This document shows, in pieces, positions 1-11,679 of a DNA stretch of 64,000 bases. Source of the DNA: Octopus vulgaris (taxonomy: Eukaryota); contig OX597818.1 of assembly GCA_951406725.2 (NCBI GenBank), positions 30,566,001 to 30,630,000 on the forward strand. The letters are read 5' to 3'. The notes beneath the pieces are model-generated. The model did not search any database and was not told the origin of the DNA. It worked only from the letters and a program-made list of their open reading frames with translations. The translations under genes were made by a program, and so were the position numbers. The stretch's first letter is position 1; each line of letters begins with the position of its first letter.

Positions 1-1009
1 CAGGAGCTCTGACTCTTGATTTTTTTCTCAGGGTCTACCCCCAGAAACCTTCCCCACAACTGAGTATGGCTACAAGGCAGTAGAGGTTTGGGATCAGGGT
101 TTTCCTTCTAGATGGGTCCTCCCTCACCCAGGCTAATGAGCTCCATATGCCTGACTGACTTAAGTGCTTCTACTTAAGATCAAAGTAGACTTGAGAAATA
201 TAGTGGCTAAGAGGTGATTCCACACTCCTCAAAATCCTGGAACTCCTGAACCAGGGTTCCATTTCTGGATGCAATTTACCCAGGACCAATTATCCAAGTC
301 AACTTTTCTTGCCATACTGTGGGAGAAATACTCCATTGTGGATCTCACTGAAACTTTGTAGAGGATTAGTAATTGTAGAAGACTGAAATATTTTCAGGTT
401 CTAAAGAGGACAGATCTTTAAGATACATTTCTAACAATAATCTATGTTTAGTCAAGGAGATGCATTTATCAGAAGGGCTCTGAGTGCTGCTAACAAGTGA
501 ATAATTTACAGGTTTTGCCTGATATAGTCAGTAATAATTATTTGTACTCACTGCTTTACTTTCCATGACAAATTTTATTGCCTGTAAAAATTTGATATTA
601 CTGAAGTTGAAATAGAGAGAGAGAGGGTGGGCAGGGACTGGGAAGCAGTGCGCATTAAAAAAATACTGCTAAATATAAAAGACGCCTTTACATTTGAATT
701 ACAACTAGAATATAAAAAAGGGCATACATTCGAATTATTTAATGATATTATTCTGATAGATATTAATCGACATAGAATGTACGACATAAAAAAAAAATTC
801 CTGGCTTACATGAATCCAAATAATATATGAGTCGAAAGTACTCTTTCTATGTGTTGTAATAGATAAAATGTAATAAGAAATTTTTTTCTCGTACTTTCAA
901 TTTCATTTTGATAAAAATATCAACCCAGTTAATATCCTGCACTTCTTTTGTTGTGCAATGACAATGGTCAAGTTGTTGAATGGTTAAAAAAAAACCTATG
1001 TACCTTGTT

Positions 1010-1408
1010 TACTCTTTTACTTGTTTCAGTCATTTGACTGCGGCCATGCTGGAGCACCGCCTTTAAATGAGCAACTCGACCCCAGGACTTATTCTTTTGT
1101 AAGCCCAGTACTTATTCTATCGGTCTCTTTTGCCGAACCGCTAAGTAACGGGGACGTAAACACACCAGCATCGGCTGTCAAGCAATGCTAGGGGGACAAA
1201 TACAGACACACAAACACACACACCCATATATATATACATATATACGACGGGCTTCTTTCAGTTTCCGTCTACCAAATCTTCTCACAAGGCTTTGGTCGGC
1301 CTGAGGCTATAGTAGAAGACACTTTCCCAAGGTACCACGCAGTGGGACTGAACCCGGAACCATGTGGTTGGTAAACAAGCTACTTACCACACAGTCACTC
1401 CTGCACCT
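1010..1408 (-). mobile_element. tRNA-derived SINE, family A (CORE-like middle)
   Basis: A/B-box head (TGGCTGTGTGG-like, GGTTCAGTCCC), ACCTTGGG(C/A)AAGT core, internal (TA)n(TG)n, (GAGTAAAA) tail; homologous to 19268 and 26250. Confidence 0.85.
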
Positions 1409-2861
1409 ATTTGTTTATGAAAATATATATAAAAAAAACTTTCAAAAGCTTTATTAAACATAATCCTTACTTACATTTTCTCTACAAAATTTTATTAAAA
1501 GATATGTATTATCAAGAAAGTCATAAAGAAGCAGAATCAAGGTGTGGTACACCAAACTATAGTTGTAGGTTGGGCAAGTCTTTATTATTATGTAGCTTAG
1601 CTAACAGAATCATTTGAGCATGGAGAAATACTTTGCTGCATTCATTCTGGTTCTTTGTGTAATGAGCCCAAATATTGCCGAGGCTAGTCTAATACTGTGT
1701 TTGATGGTATCGACTTATCCTCTCCCTCAAAATCATTGGCTTTGGCCTAAATCAGTAACAGTTATTTAGTCCGAGATGAACTGAGGCTGAATAACCCATA
1801 AATATCCAATGTGTCCAATTTTCTTGAGGAATTTGGCCGTTATTTCTAATTAGTAGAGCGACTGCAAAGAGGTTTCTTTGTTGTTGTTTAAGCACTCCAT
1901 ATAACCCCTCATAACTTTTTGTGGGGCTAATGCAGTTTCACACCTCTCCTTGAAAAATGCATTTTTAAAACAAAATTTGGTGGGGTTTCCTACATTTTAG
2001 ATATCGGAGATAACGAATATGCAAAAAAAAAATTTTCTTTTATTTCACCCCCACCCAACACAAATATAAATTTTTGATTTTATTTACTTTAAAGAAATTG
2101 TAGCAAAATGACGAACATATGCAAATCGAAATTAAATACAGAAAAAAGCATTAATGTGAAAAGCATTTGTTTTACTTGTGTTTGCCTTAAATAGTTGTAA
2201 ATCTATCTATATATATAAAGATGAGAATGTGTGTCTGTCAGTCTGTGTAAATCCCTAAAACTTGAGAAGTACACAACCAATTTCATTTAAATTTTACACA
2301 TGCCTTACTTAGGGTCCATGTAGTGCCATAGGCCAAAAAAATTTTTAACTTCTTGCCTAATGTGAGCCCAGAGCAATATATCTCCTCCACTATTTCAGTA
2401 TTACATGTTAAAAGTGAAACAATAACATCTCTATTGTAATGTCAGATATTTTCACTTTAATACTGAAACTTATCTCAAATATATACAGGCATAAATACAT
2501 ATATACATACATATATATGATATATATTATGCATCATCATCATTTAACGTCTGCTTTCCATGCTAGCTTTGATTAGACGATTTGACTGAGGACTGGCAAA
2601 CCAGATGGCTGCACCTGGTAATGATCATGCTCGAATGGTGCTTTTTACGTGCCACCAGCATGGAAGCCAGTTAGCTGCTCTGGCAATGATCACGCTCGGA
2701 TGGTGTTCTTAGCGCTCCACGGATGCCAGTCATTGAATTTGATTTCAATTTCACTTGCCTCTTCGCAGAGTTTAGTGTCCAATGAAGGAAAGGTACACAT
2801 AAGTGGGCTGGTTACAGCCCTGGCATAGGCCACGAGGATATGGTCTCATTTGGCTTGCTGG

Positions 2862-5616
2862 GTTAGTTAGTTAGTTAATTTTTTGGCTCAAAAAGCAAGG
2901 CCATGTAGGGGGACATGGAGTTATGTACAGGGTGGTGTTCATGTAAAGAGTTCAGGCCACTTGTGGTCAAGGGAGACTTTGAACCGAGCGGTCATTGGCA
3001 TCTTCACTATCTCGTCCGGCAGCTTATTCCACGGACCCGCAACCCGGACAGAGAAAGCCCCTCTCCTTCGATTGAGATGAAATCGTCGCAGATAGAGCTT
3101 TTCGGAGTGACCCCGCAGCCGACGCTGTGGAGCAGGAGTGAAGAACAGCTCTTTTGAGAGGTTACACTTTCTGCTTATGATGTTGTGAGCAAGAATGAGA
3201 TCACCACGGCGTCTGCGTTTTTCTAGAGAATAAATGTCGAGCGTCTTCAGCCTTTCTTCATAAGACAAATGCTTGAGACCAAGAACCATGTAGGTAGCCA
3301 GCTTCTGGACTCTTTCGAGATGCTGTATGTCTTTGAGGAGATAAGGAGAAGAGGCTTGAATCCCGTACTCCAATATGGGTCTCACCAGCGTGACATAGAG
3401 CGGTAGGAATATGGCTGCTGTGAGCATTCCAATTGACCGTCGAATCAAGAACAGAATTCCGCGTGCTTTGTTGGCAGCATGGACGCACTGGGCCGAAGGC
3501 GAAAAGGAGGAATCCACCAAGATACCCAGGTCCTTTACCTGATCGGTCCTCTCCAGCAGCAGACGACCCGGCTCGAAATCAAGTTGAGTTGCAGGAGGAG
3601 AGCCAACAGGCAGATGACAGCACTTTGACACGTTCAGACACAGGTCCCATTTGTTAGACCACCTCCAAATTTGGTGGAGGCATCGACGAAGATCCTCTAT
3701 ATCACCGCGAGGAGCGACCAGTTTGACATTGTCAGCAAATAGAAGGGGGTGTTGTGTGAGGTCGTCGGCCAAGTCATTTATGAAGACTAAGAACAATAAG
3801 GGCCCAAGCACTGAACCTTGAGGCACGCCACTGCTCGCACTGGAGACGTTGGACCGCGAACCATTAACTTGGACTTGGAAGGAGCGATCTGAGAGGAAGG
3901 CACCAACCCATTGTACAATATCCGGATGGAAACTATATGCTTGAAGCTTGACAAGTAATAGGCGGTGGTTTATCAAGTCAAAAGCTTTGGCAAAGTCCGA
4001 TAAAACGATGTCAACAGCATCACTATCATCGAGGATGCGCGTCACCAATTCTTCCATTACCAGTAAGTTGGTCAAGCATGATCCCTTCAGCATGAAGCCG
4101 TGTTGGGAATCAGAGATAGAGGCTGTGTTTTGGAGGTGGAGCATCATACTTTTCTTAAGGATGGTTTCGAACATCTTGCTGATTATTGAAGTAAGGGAAA
4201 CCAGTCGGTAGTTAAGCGGGTCTTCGCGGCTCCCTTTCTTGAAAATTGGGCAGATTATCGCTGTTCTCCAGTCCGCAGGTATAACACCCGTTGCCAATGA
4301 CATATTGAATAGACGTGTTAAAGGCTCGCAGATGACCAGAGCCAACGCTTTGATAACCCGTGGGTGTATGCTGTCAGGGCCGTGACCCTTGTTGACATCG
4401 AGGCCTTGAATAACGCATTTGACTTCGTCCCACGTGATGACCAATCTAAGCATTGGAGGTACCGATCTATGAAATGGAGGGGATTCACGACCATCATCTT
4501 GTTTGAAAATAGTTGAAAAAGCCTCGGCAAATAACTGACTCTGTTGATAAGTGTCCTCAATTGATACGCCTGTTAAGTCTACCAACGTTGCAATCTGGTT
4601 GTTCAAGCGAGAATTCCGTTGGACATGGGCAAAGAAGGTTTTTGGATTGCGACTGGCGTTTGCCGCGATTCTGTATTGATATCTGAAGCGTTCTTCCTTT
4701 TTAATTTTCACGGCTCGGTCTCGTTGAGTTTTGTACACCCCAAAAGCTGCAGTCGAATCTAGATTTTTGAATTCAGCCCAAGCAATATCTCTGAGTCGAA
4801 GTTCTCGTTTAACCTTCTTCGTCACCCAGGGCTTGTGTTTCTTCTTCTTGGGAAGCCCAACGGGAACTGCTTGGTCAGTCAATCAGATTACATATGCTTT
4901 GAGGGTTGATCATAGTTCGTCAACTGAGGACATTGTCATCAGGGATCGCCAGTCCAGAAGCGCGGAAGCCTCGGTTAGAATTTCAAGATTAATTGCAGAG
5001 AAGACTCTACATGGCAGCAAAGTTGTCATGGGCATAGAAAAAGTTGTGTGCATGACGAACTTCAGGACCGCATGATCACTCTTGGCAAGAGGGGCGCACA
5101 CAGATAAGCCTGACACTGATCTTGGATAGCGGGAGAATACCAGATCCAGCATAGATGGCTGCTGCCCAGACCGATGCCTTGTCGGATATTCAACATGTTG
5201 CGATAGAAAACAATCTTCAGCCACGTCAAGAAGGGCCTGGCCGAACCGGGAAGATGATGTACAAATTGATGCGGGCTAGTCAATCGTGGGAGCGTTGAAG
5301 TCTCCTAATATCAAACAGTCATGAGAAGCTGAAACGAATCTTATCGCTTCGAGTAAATGAGCATCGTCCTGGGGGTCGGCAAGAGGCGGCCTGTAGACAG
5401 CTAACACGGGCAGGCAAAACCCGGATAGGCTCAGCTTGCAATAGACGGCATCGAATTTTGTTGTAGGTTGAGCATTAGTGGGTAGAATACCGCTGGATGG
5501 TTTGAGATCAGATTTAACATACACAGCAACACCTCCACCTTGCCTTTATTCTGTCACATCTGAAGAGGGCGTAGCCCTGTAGGTGGATTTCTGAGTCCTT
5601 TACTGCTGGTGTCAGC
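2862..5616 (-). mobile_element. CR1-clade LINE, 5'-truncated (APE endonuclease + RT), inactive
   Basis: RT motifs DFAKAFD, GVPQGSVLGPLLF, FADN, LRGH, WNKLP. APE motifs GYALFRCDR, GGGVAVYV, VYRPP, GDFN, LDL, SDH lie in shifted frames. (TAAC)n 3' tail at 2862-2878. Confidence 0.92.
2939..4882 (-). pseudogene. CR1 ORF2 reverse transcriptase segment (647 aa open, catalytic FADD changed to FADN)
   Basis: ORF track; frameshifted from the upstream endonuclease fragments at 4910-5224 and 5276-5524. Confidence 0.88.
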
Positions 5617-6457
5617 ATATTTCCAAAAGTTTCGGTCAGTAGTCATTGCCTTGGTGAGGCCTAATGTTCGAAGGTCATGCTTCACCACTTCATCCCAGGT
5701 CTTCCTTGGTCTACCTCTTCCACAAGTTCCCTCAACTGTTAGAGTGTGACACTTTTTCACACAGCTATCCTCATCCATTCTCGCCACATGACCATACCAG
5801 TGCAGATGTCTCTCTTGCACACCACATCTGATGGTTCTTAGGTCCAACTTTTCTCTCAAGGTTGTTACACTCTGTCGAGTAGGCACACTGACATTACACA
5901 TCCATCGGATCATACTGGCTTCATTCCTTGCATGCTTATGCATGTCCTCAGTGGTCCTATTTCACTGCTATGTTGCATGGCTGTTCCTACACATGCGTCA
6001 TACAGAGGCCCTTTGTCACCAGCAGAGGTAAGAACTCTCTGAACTTTGCCCAGGCTATTCTTATTCTAGCAGCTACACTTGGTCACCTAGGTAACGGAAG
6101 CTATCAACTACTAGTTTTTCTCCCTGGAATGTGGCGGAAGTTGTTCTCTGCACATTTTCAGTGTTTATTGCTCCTGAGATATATATATATATACGGATAG
6201 TCTGATTCTGTCATTTGTTTCTGATTGTAATTTCGGGGGAGGAGAGGTTGTTCTTCTTTATAATTTCTGAATTTAAATTACAAACATTTTTTTTTGTTGC
6301 TTAAATCCCAGCAACAGACAGCCCTTGGGCACATCACCATTCCATTAAATGTGTTTACCGAGAGAAAAATATTGAAAAATATCAATGCATGTCAGAGTGA
6401 TGAAGAAACGAGGAAGTATTGAAATAATAAACGGAACCAAATGGCAGATTCGAACTG

Positions 6458-6780
6458 GGATCTTTTCCTTTTGAACGGCACATGTCAACACAATTTCTAG
6501 TTAACTAAACACTTTAAAATTTCGTATACTGGTAGAATGTGTCAGAATAAAACATTTTTTTCTCTTAGCTTTCTTGATAAAATTGTAATTCGTTTGGAGG
6601 CGATTCATTGGTTAAAATTCGAAAAATTAAACTACGTTAAACAAACGAATTACAATTTTATCAAGAAAGCCAAGAGAAAAAAGTGTTTTATTTTGAAACA
6701 TTCTACCAGTATACGAAGTTTTAAAGTGTTTAGTTAACTAGAAATTGTGTGGACATGTGCCGTACAAAAGGAAAAGATCT
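6458..6780. mobile_element. Foldback MITE with about 137-bp terminal inverted repeats
   Basis: 6459-6596 is the near-perfect reverse complement of 6642-6779; flanked by TTCGAACTG / TTCGAACCG (8-9 bp imperfect TSD, Mutator/Merlin-like). Confidence 0.85.
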
Positions 6781-6999
6781 TCGAACCGTACATATTTTAA
6801 AAATTTGACTAAAAAAAATTCGAGAAAGGGTGGAAATTTTAGGATTTATGGGGTTGGGGGAATTAAAAGATTTGAAGATGAAAATTTTTTTTTTGTATAA
6901 CCGTATGAATTCCCGTAGGTAGAATAAATTCAAAAAAAATTTCCGAAAATTCCCCAAAATATAAATGTATGAGGGATTATACGGAGTGCTTAAACCGCA

Positions 7000-7411
7000 A
7001 CTCTGCCGTTGGTTTGTATTACTGTGGGATATATGGTGCCTGTAGTGACTAATAATGACGAGTGCGTGAATTGTAGCCATCTGAGAGATGTGGTGGTAAG
7101 AGAAAAAAATCAACGTAGTCATTGTCGTAGCGACTATAATGACGCAAACATTGGTGGTAATAGATGTGTAGCTTACAGAGCTAGCAACGACAGTAGGCAG
7201 CAAAATCACGCGAGATCTCGAAGCGACATATCATAACATGGGAGAAGCTATCTATCCTCGTTTTACTTTCTGTCCATTGCACGTGGCTTATTTATCTACT
7301 CGGAGCCGGGTCCTTCTGTATGGCTGGTCGTGAGCTCGTGTATATCTGTAGTGAGCCGATATACATACACCTTTTGATGTCTCACGTTTCTTTTTCTATA
7401 TTTCATTGATC
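7000..7411 (+). promoter_or_regulatory. Probable promoter / 5' leader of the ZIP gene
   Basis: Locally CpG-rich stretch just upstream of exon 1; TCACGCGAGA (7206-7215, one mismatch to TCTCGCGAGA) and E-box CACGTG (7280-7285). TSS not determinable. Confidence 0.45.
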
Positions 7412-7810
7412 ATGTCTTCTAGTTGCGCGGACTTTCGTCCTGTCTGTTTGTACCACATCATCATTATTCTGTTGATTATCTCTCCTGTATCATTGGCCGA
7501 TGGATTCAGCGATGATGTTTCTAAAATCGGGACTCTTTCGTTCTCCTCGAAAGCTCATCGCAATAATTTCATCAACGTCACCAAAGAATATCTAGATGAG
7601 ATTATGGATCTTTTTGGAACTAATGGAACAATGAATTCACACCAATTCGCACAGATGATCGAAGAATTTAAGTCACACGCACATCGTAACTCGCATTCTA
7701 CGAAGCGTCATTCTAGTGGAGATGAGTCTGTTACACATAATGCTAAAACAACTAAATATCAATTATATAATGCCAGTGAAACGACACTCGAAAATCCACA
7801 GTTCATTAAG
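7412..7810 (+). CDS. SLC39A14: ZIP8/ZIP14-like (SLC39A, LIV-1 subfamily) metal transporter, coding exon 1: signal peptide and N-terminal ectodomain
   Basis: ATG at 7412 (A at -3) followed by hydrophobic signal peptide (LYHIIIILLIISPVSLA) and His-containing ectodomain (HAHRNSHSTKRH). Ends AAG|GTTAGT, 399 nt, phase 0, matching the next exon. The symbol means ZIP14/ZIP8 co-ortholog. Confidence 0.8.
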
Positions 7811-8927
7811 GTTAGTAATTGATATTCCTTGGAGTTAAAGACTACGCACACCACCCGTTTTCGGCGTAACGAAAATCCTAACCTTAAACCCAAACACTGG
7901 GTGTGCGTATTCTTTACCTTCGCCTGATTTTTTCACCCTTGTTGCTTTGCAAATATGTTTGTTTTACTTGGATATTTTCTTATTTTTGTTATATTTGGGT
8001 ATAGTCATTTTTTTTTCTTTTAGTTTCTGCTTTTACTTGTAATTAACGTCAGTATAAATGACATGGGAAGAATGCTATAGATACAAGTATGTAAACAAAC
8101 AGTAATACAGGAAGATGGGAGGGAGAGTTCGGGCAAATAAAAGATCCTCACCCGGGCACACACAAAAAATAATAATAATAATTAACCAGGCCTGGCGGGG
8201 TGTTAACAAGTAGGAAAAACGAATATGAAAAAAAAATGCGCACTGATGACCGGGGGAGGGGGGTTCTTTCGCAAAAATTCACAAGATCCGATTTTTCCGT
8301 CATAACTTCGGGTAAAATGGATATATATATATATATTGATTTTTTTTTTTATGGAATCCCACGTTTTTAGTTATGAAGGATCCGATTCTGAAAACTAAAA
8401 AAATTTCAGAAATCACATTTTCAAAATTCACCCCACTCGATCCCTTCATTTTCCCCCTTTTCCGGATTTTTTTTTTTTTTTGCGAAATACGTAGACAAAT
8501 ACGAAGATTACGATTCTGAAAAAATTTGTTTGTAAAATTTCAATTTTTCAACAAGAAAAAAAATATATATAACATTGCCTATATATATACCCCCAAGCCT
8601 TCAAGCCGGCTATCCACATACTAGAAATAACAGCCAAATCTCACAAAACTGCAATAACATAATGAAATTTCGAAAATGCGAGCCAAGTTATATTTGTGTC
8701 ACATTTTTCAGCGGACTTTAGGAATTACTGTCTCACAAGGTTTGGAATTTCTTCATTTTTTTTTTATTGTCGGCATCTTTCCAAATTATTTTCTTGTATC
8801 CTACATTTCTAAACAATCGGAGGAAGTCGTTTATTAAAAAAAAAAAAAAAACCCTCCTCCCGCCTCATCACACTTGATGACATCAGCAACCACTAAAATG
8901 ATTTTCTATTTCGTTATTTTCACTGTA

Positions 8928-9313
8928 GTGGAGGTGCAATGGCCCAGTGGTTAGGGCAGCGGACTCGCGGTCATAGGATCGCGGTTTCGATTCCCAGACC
9001 GGGCGTTGTGAGTGTTTATTGAGCGAAAGCACCTAAAGCTCCACGAGGCTCCGGCAGGGGATGGTGGTGATCCCTGCTGTACTCTTTCACCACAACTTTC
9101 TCTCACTCTTACTTCCTGTTTCTGTTGTACCTGTATTTCAAAGGGCCGGCCTTGTCACTCTCTGTGTCACGCTGAATATCCCCGAGAACTACGTTAAGGG
9201 TACACGTGTCTGTGGAGTGCTCAGCCACTTACACGTTAATTTCACGAGCAGGCTGTTCCGTTGATTCGGATCAACCGGAACCCTCATCATCGTAACCGAC
9301 GGAGCGCTTCCAC
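8928..9313 (+). mobile_element. tRNA-derived SINE, family B, with 12-bp TSD
   Basis: TGGCCCAGTGG A box and GTTTCGATTCC B box; TSD ATTTTCACTGTA at 8916-8927 and 9314-9325. Confidence 0.9.
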
Positions 9314-11679
9314 ATTTTCACTGTATCCCGTATTATGAAACATTTGTGATTCGCATTTAAAGATCTTACCCACCTTACCCCGTCATCGTATCTTTTTCAC
9401 GATTAAAATGATTTCTCTTTTTCATCATCTTTTGCCTGGACCTTTTCTTTTTTCCACTTTTGCCATTCTTTTAAATACTTCAAAATCAAAATTGTGTAAA
9501 TATGTGTGCCAAAAACTATTTAAACATTAAAGAAATAGATTTTTGGGAGATCACTTATTATATTATGAAAGTAAAGAAACTATTGTTACCGAGTGTTTAT
9601 TTATTTTTGTCCCCTAATTACATATTTTTATCACACTTGCCATTCTGCAAAAACTTTTTTCTGTACATGTTGCATAGAAATTAAACGAATTAAAAGCAAA
9701 ACAAGAATTTATCAGGACGTAACTCGATTTCATTCCCTCACACCAAAATTGTGGGCTAGTCATCCTTCGCTAAGAGCTATCGATTCAGTTCAGGATATCA
9801 ACATTTCACAAAATTCTCCCTCCCACAAAAGAAAGAAATGTTTTGAAATGAAGAAACAAAAAACAAAAAAACAAAAAAAAAAACGCTTTTCAGTGGCGGG
9901 AAGTACGTTTTCTCGGAGATTGCTATTGCAAAAAATAGACCTCTGAAAGAAGTGTCTATAATACAATAATTTTACTTGTTTGAAATGTAGAAAAGAATAT
10001 CTTTAATGGGTCCAAAAAAAAAAAAAAACTCAGGGCATATATTACGATTATAAAGAAATTTGTGGAGAAATTTTTTCCGAGGGGTGGGAAGAGGACTTTT
10101 GGAAAATTCACACGATCCGATTTTTCCCCTCATAACTTTTAGGAAAATCGATATCAGCGCAACCGTACCAAGTTAAATAAAGAAAAAGGACATGTTGGAG
10201 AATGTCGTTCCTTACCGTCTTTTAGAAAAGGTCGACGAATAATGAGCGGAGTTTCGGCCACATAGGTTGGATTTTATTCCTTTTGACTCGGATTTTTCCA
10301 GTTTCCTTTTCTGGTCCAATTTTTTATTTGTACTATTCACTTAAAAAGGAAAAAAACATCAGTGTCCGCTCTTAACATCATTCTTATTCGAAATTCATTA
10401 CCACTTAGTAAATTGCCAACATCAGTAGGGGGTATGATCTACAGTCAGCTGTTTAATTACAATTGATTTACATTTAGTTAGATATCAAGTCTTTTGAATA
10501 TAATTTAACATCAACTTCAGATCTTATCAAAACAGCATCCTACTCTTGTTACCCTGCCTTATTTGAAGGTTCCTCTTCAGATTTCTCCATTCTGTTAAAG
10601 CTCCTTTAGTTTTCTTAAGAAATTAGGAACTCCTGTTAGCAAAGGAATTGTCTAAGGAGGATGCTGAATAACAAGGTATTGAAAAGTTTTCACATCTGCA
10701 ACAATCCAAACCATCATTATGCAATGGCCTAAGTTTGTACCTAGACAAGCTCATCTGACAAATTAACATTGTATATTATCTCAAATTTTTGTTGTACAAG
10801 GTCAGGCCAAAATCAGAAGATACAGGATTGCTTTTTAAAAAATAGATGGGTTTTGTTATCAACATGCAAAGCATTTGTATGTCTTTGATATTATTAAGAA
10901 GACTATGCAAATTTTGTATCTTTGCCAAGATAGTCATTGGAATGTGAAGATCAGTTAATGATGTTATGAAGAGCAACTAATTTTGTACTAATCTAAATCG
11001 TTAATATTAAGAAGTTTCACATAGATTCTCTGTAAGTCTTTCAATAGAGTTCAGTACTTGGGACTGGATAACTTGACTTGTACACTTATAAAAGTGCTAT
11101 GAATTGCTTGAGAATTCTTTTTACAGTTATTTGTATGTTAATAGCCAACCAAAGATGAATTGTGTATAATGTTATATGGAAAATTACAAGTGTTTTTTGG
11201 CCTCAAGTCAACCCTGATTGTGCTAAGGCATTCTAGCGATGACTATCCTATTTTCCATATGTGCATTGAACCGAAGATCACATTATCAAAAGTATCCCTA
11301 TTTTAAGATAGTACAAAACGATTTTGAAGGTACTTTTACTGCTGTTTCCATCAAGTTCAGTTTACTATGTGAGGTGCTCTCTTTAGTCCAACAACAGCTG
11401 TGATGCATAGCATGCTTCAGTAAATTTCAAAGTCTTGAATTTTAGTATTTATTCTTCATTGAAACTTTGGTAACAATGTATGTGTGTGTGTGTGTGCATT
11501 TCTTTAAGAACTTAGGTGGTGCTATTAAATTAGACATGGCCTGAGAAACTTCAGCCGAAACTTATCTAAGTAATCTAATCTATGCTGTAACCTTTTAATC
11601 AAGGCTGATATCTTTAACATTTCTGATGGTCTTAAGTATAAAAAAAATTATGATTTTTTTTTTCAATGTGAGTGACCAG

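Larger units (their letters stand above)
2533..6078 (-). mobile_element. RTE-clade LINE 3' portion, split by the CR1 insertion (2533-2861 and 5613-6078)
   Basis: 5613-5943 encodes the RTE C-terminus (RWMCNV, LHWYGHVARM, GRGRPRKTW). The two halves align colinearly to the uninterrupted copy at about 38150-38385. (ATG)n tail at 2533. Confidence 0.85.
2202..6114 (+). mobile_element. Probable non-autonomous Helitron hosting the RTE/CR1 nest
   Basis: A|TCTATCTATATATATAAAG...TGTGTGTCTGTC 5' end at 2202 and ...CAACTACTAG|T 3' end at 6114 (A/T target, TC...CTAG termini). Subterminal hairpin is degenerate. Confidence 0.5.

Noticed and set aside
1-300. Possible RTE 5' UTR remnant or HDV-like ribozyme on the minus strand
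   Set aside because: Only loose resemblance (GAAGGAAAACCCTGATCCCAAACC); the nested double pseudoknot could not be built
8237-8243. Metal response element core TGCGCAC in intron 1 (reverse match at 648-654)
   Set aside because: Isolated 7-mers expected by chance; no cluster near the promoter
8930-9005. Possible tRNA genes (also 46978 and 49263)
   Set aside because: They are SINE heads: no complete cloverleaf or acceptor stem, and they continue into repeat bodies flanked by TSDs
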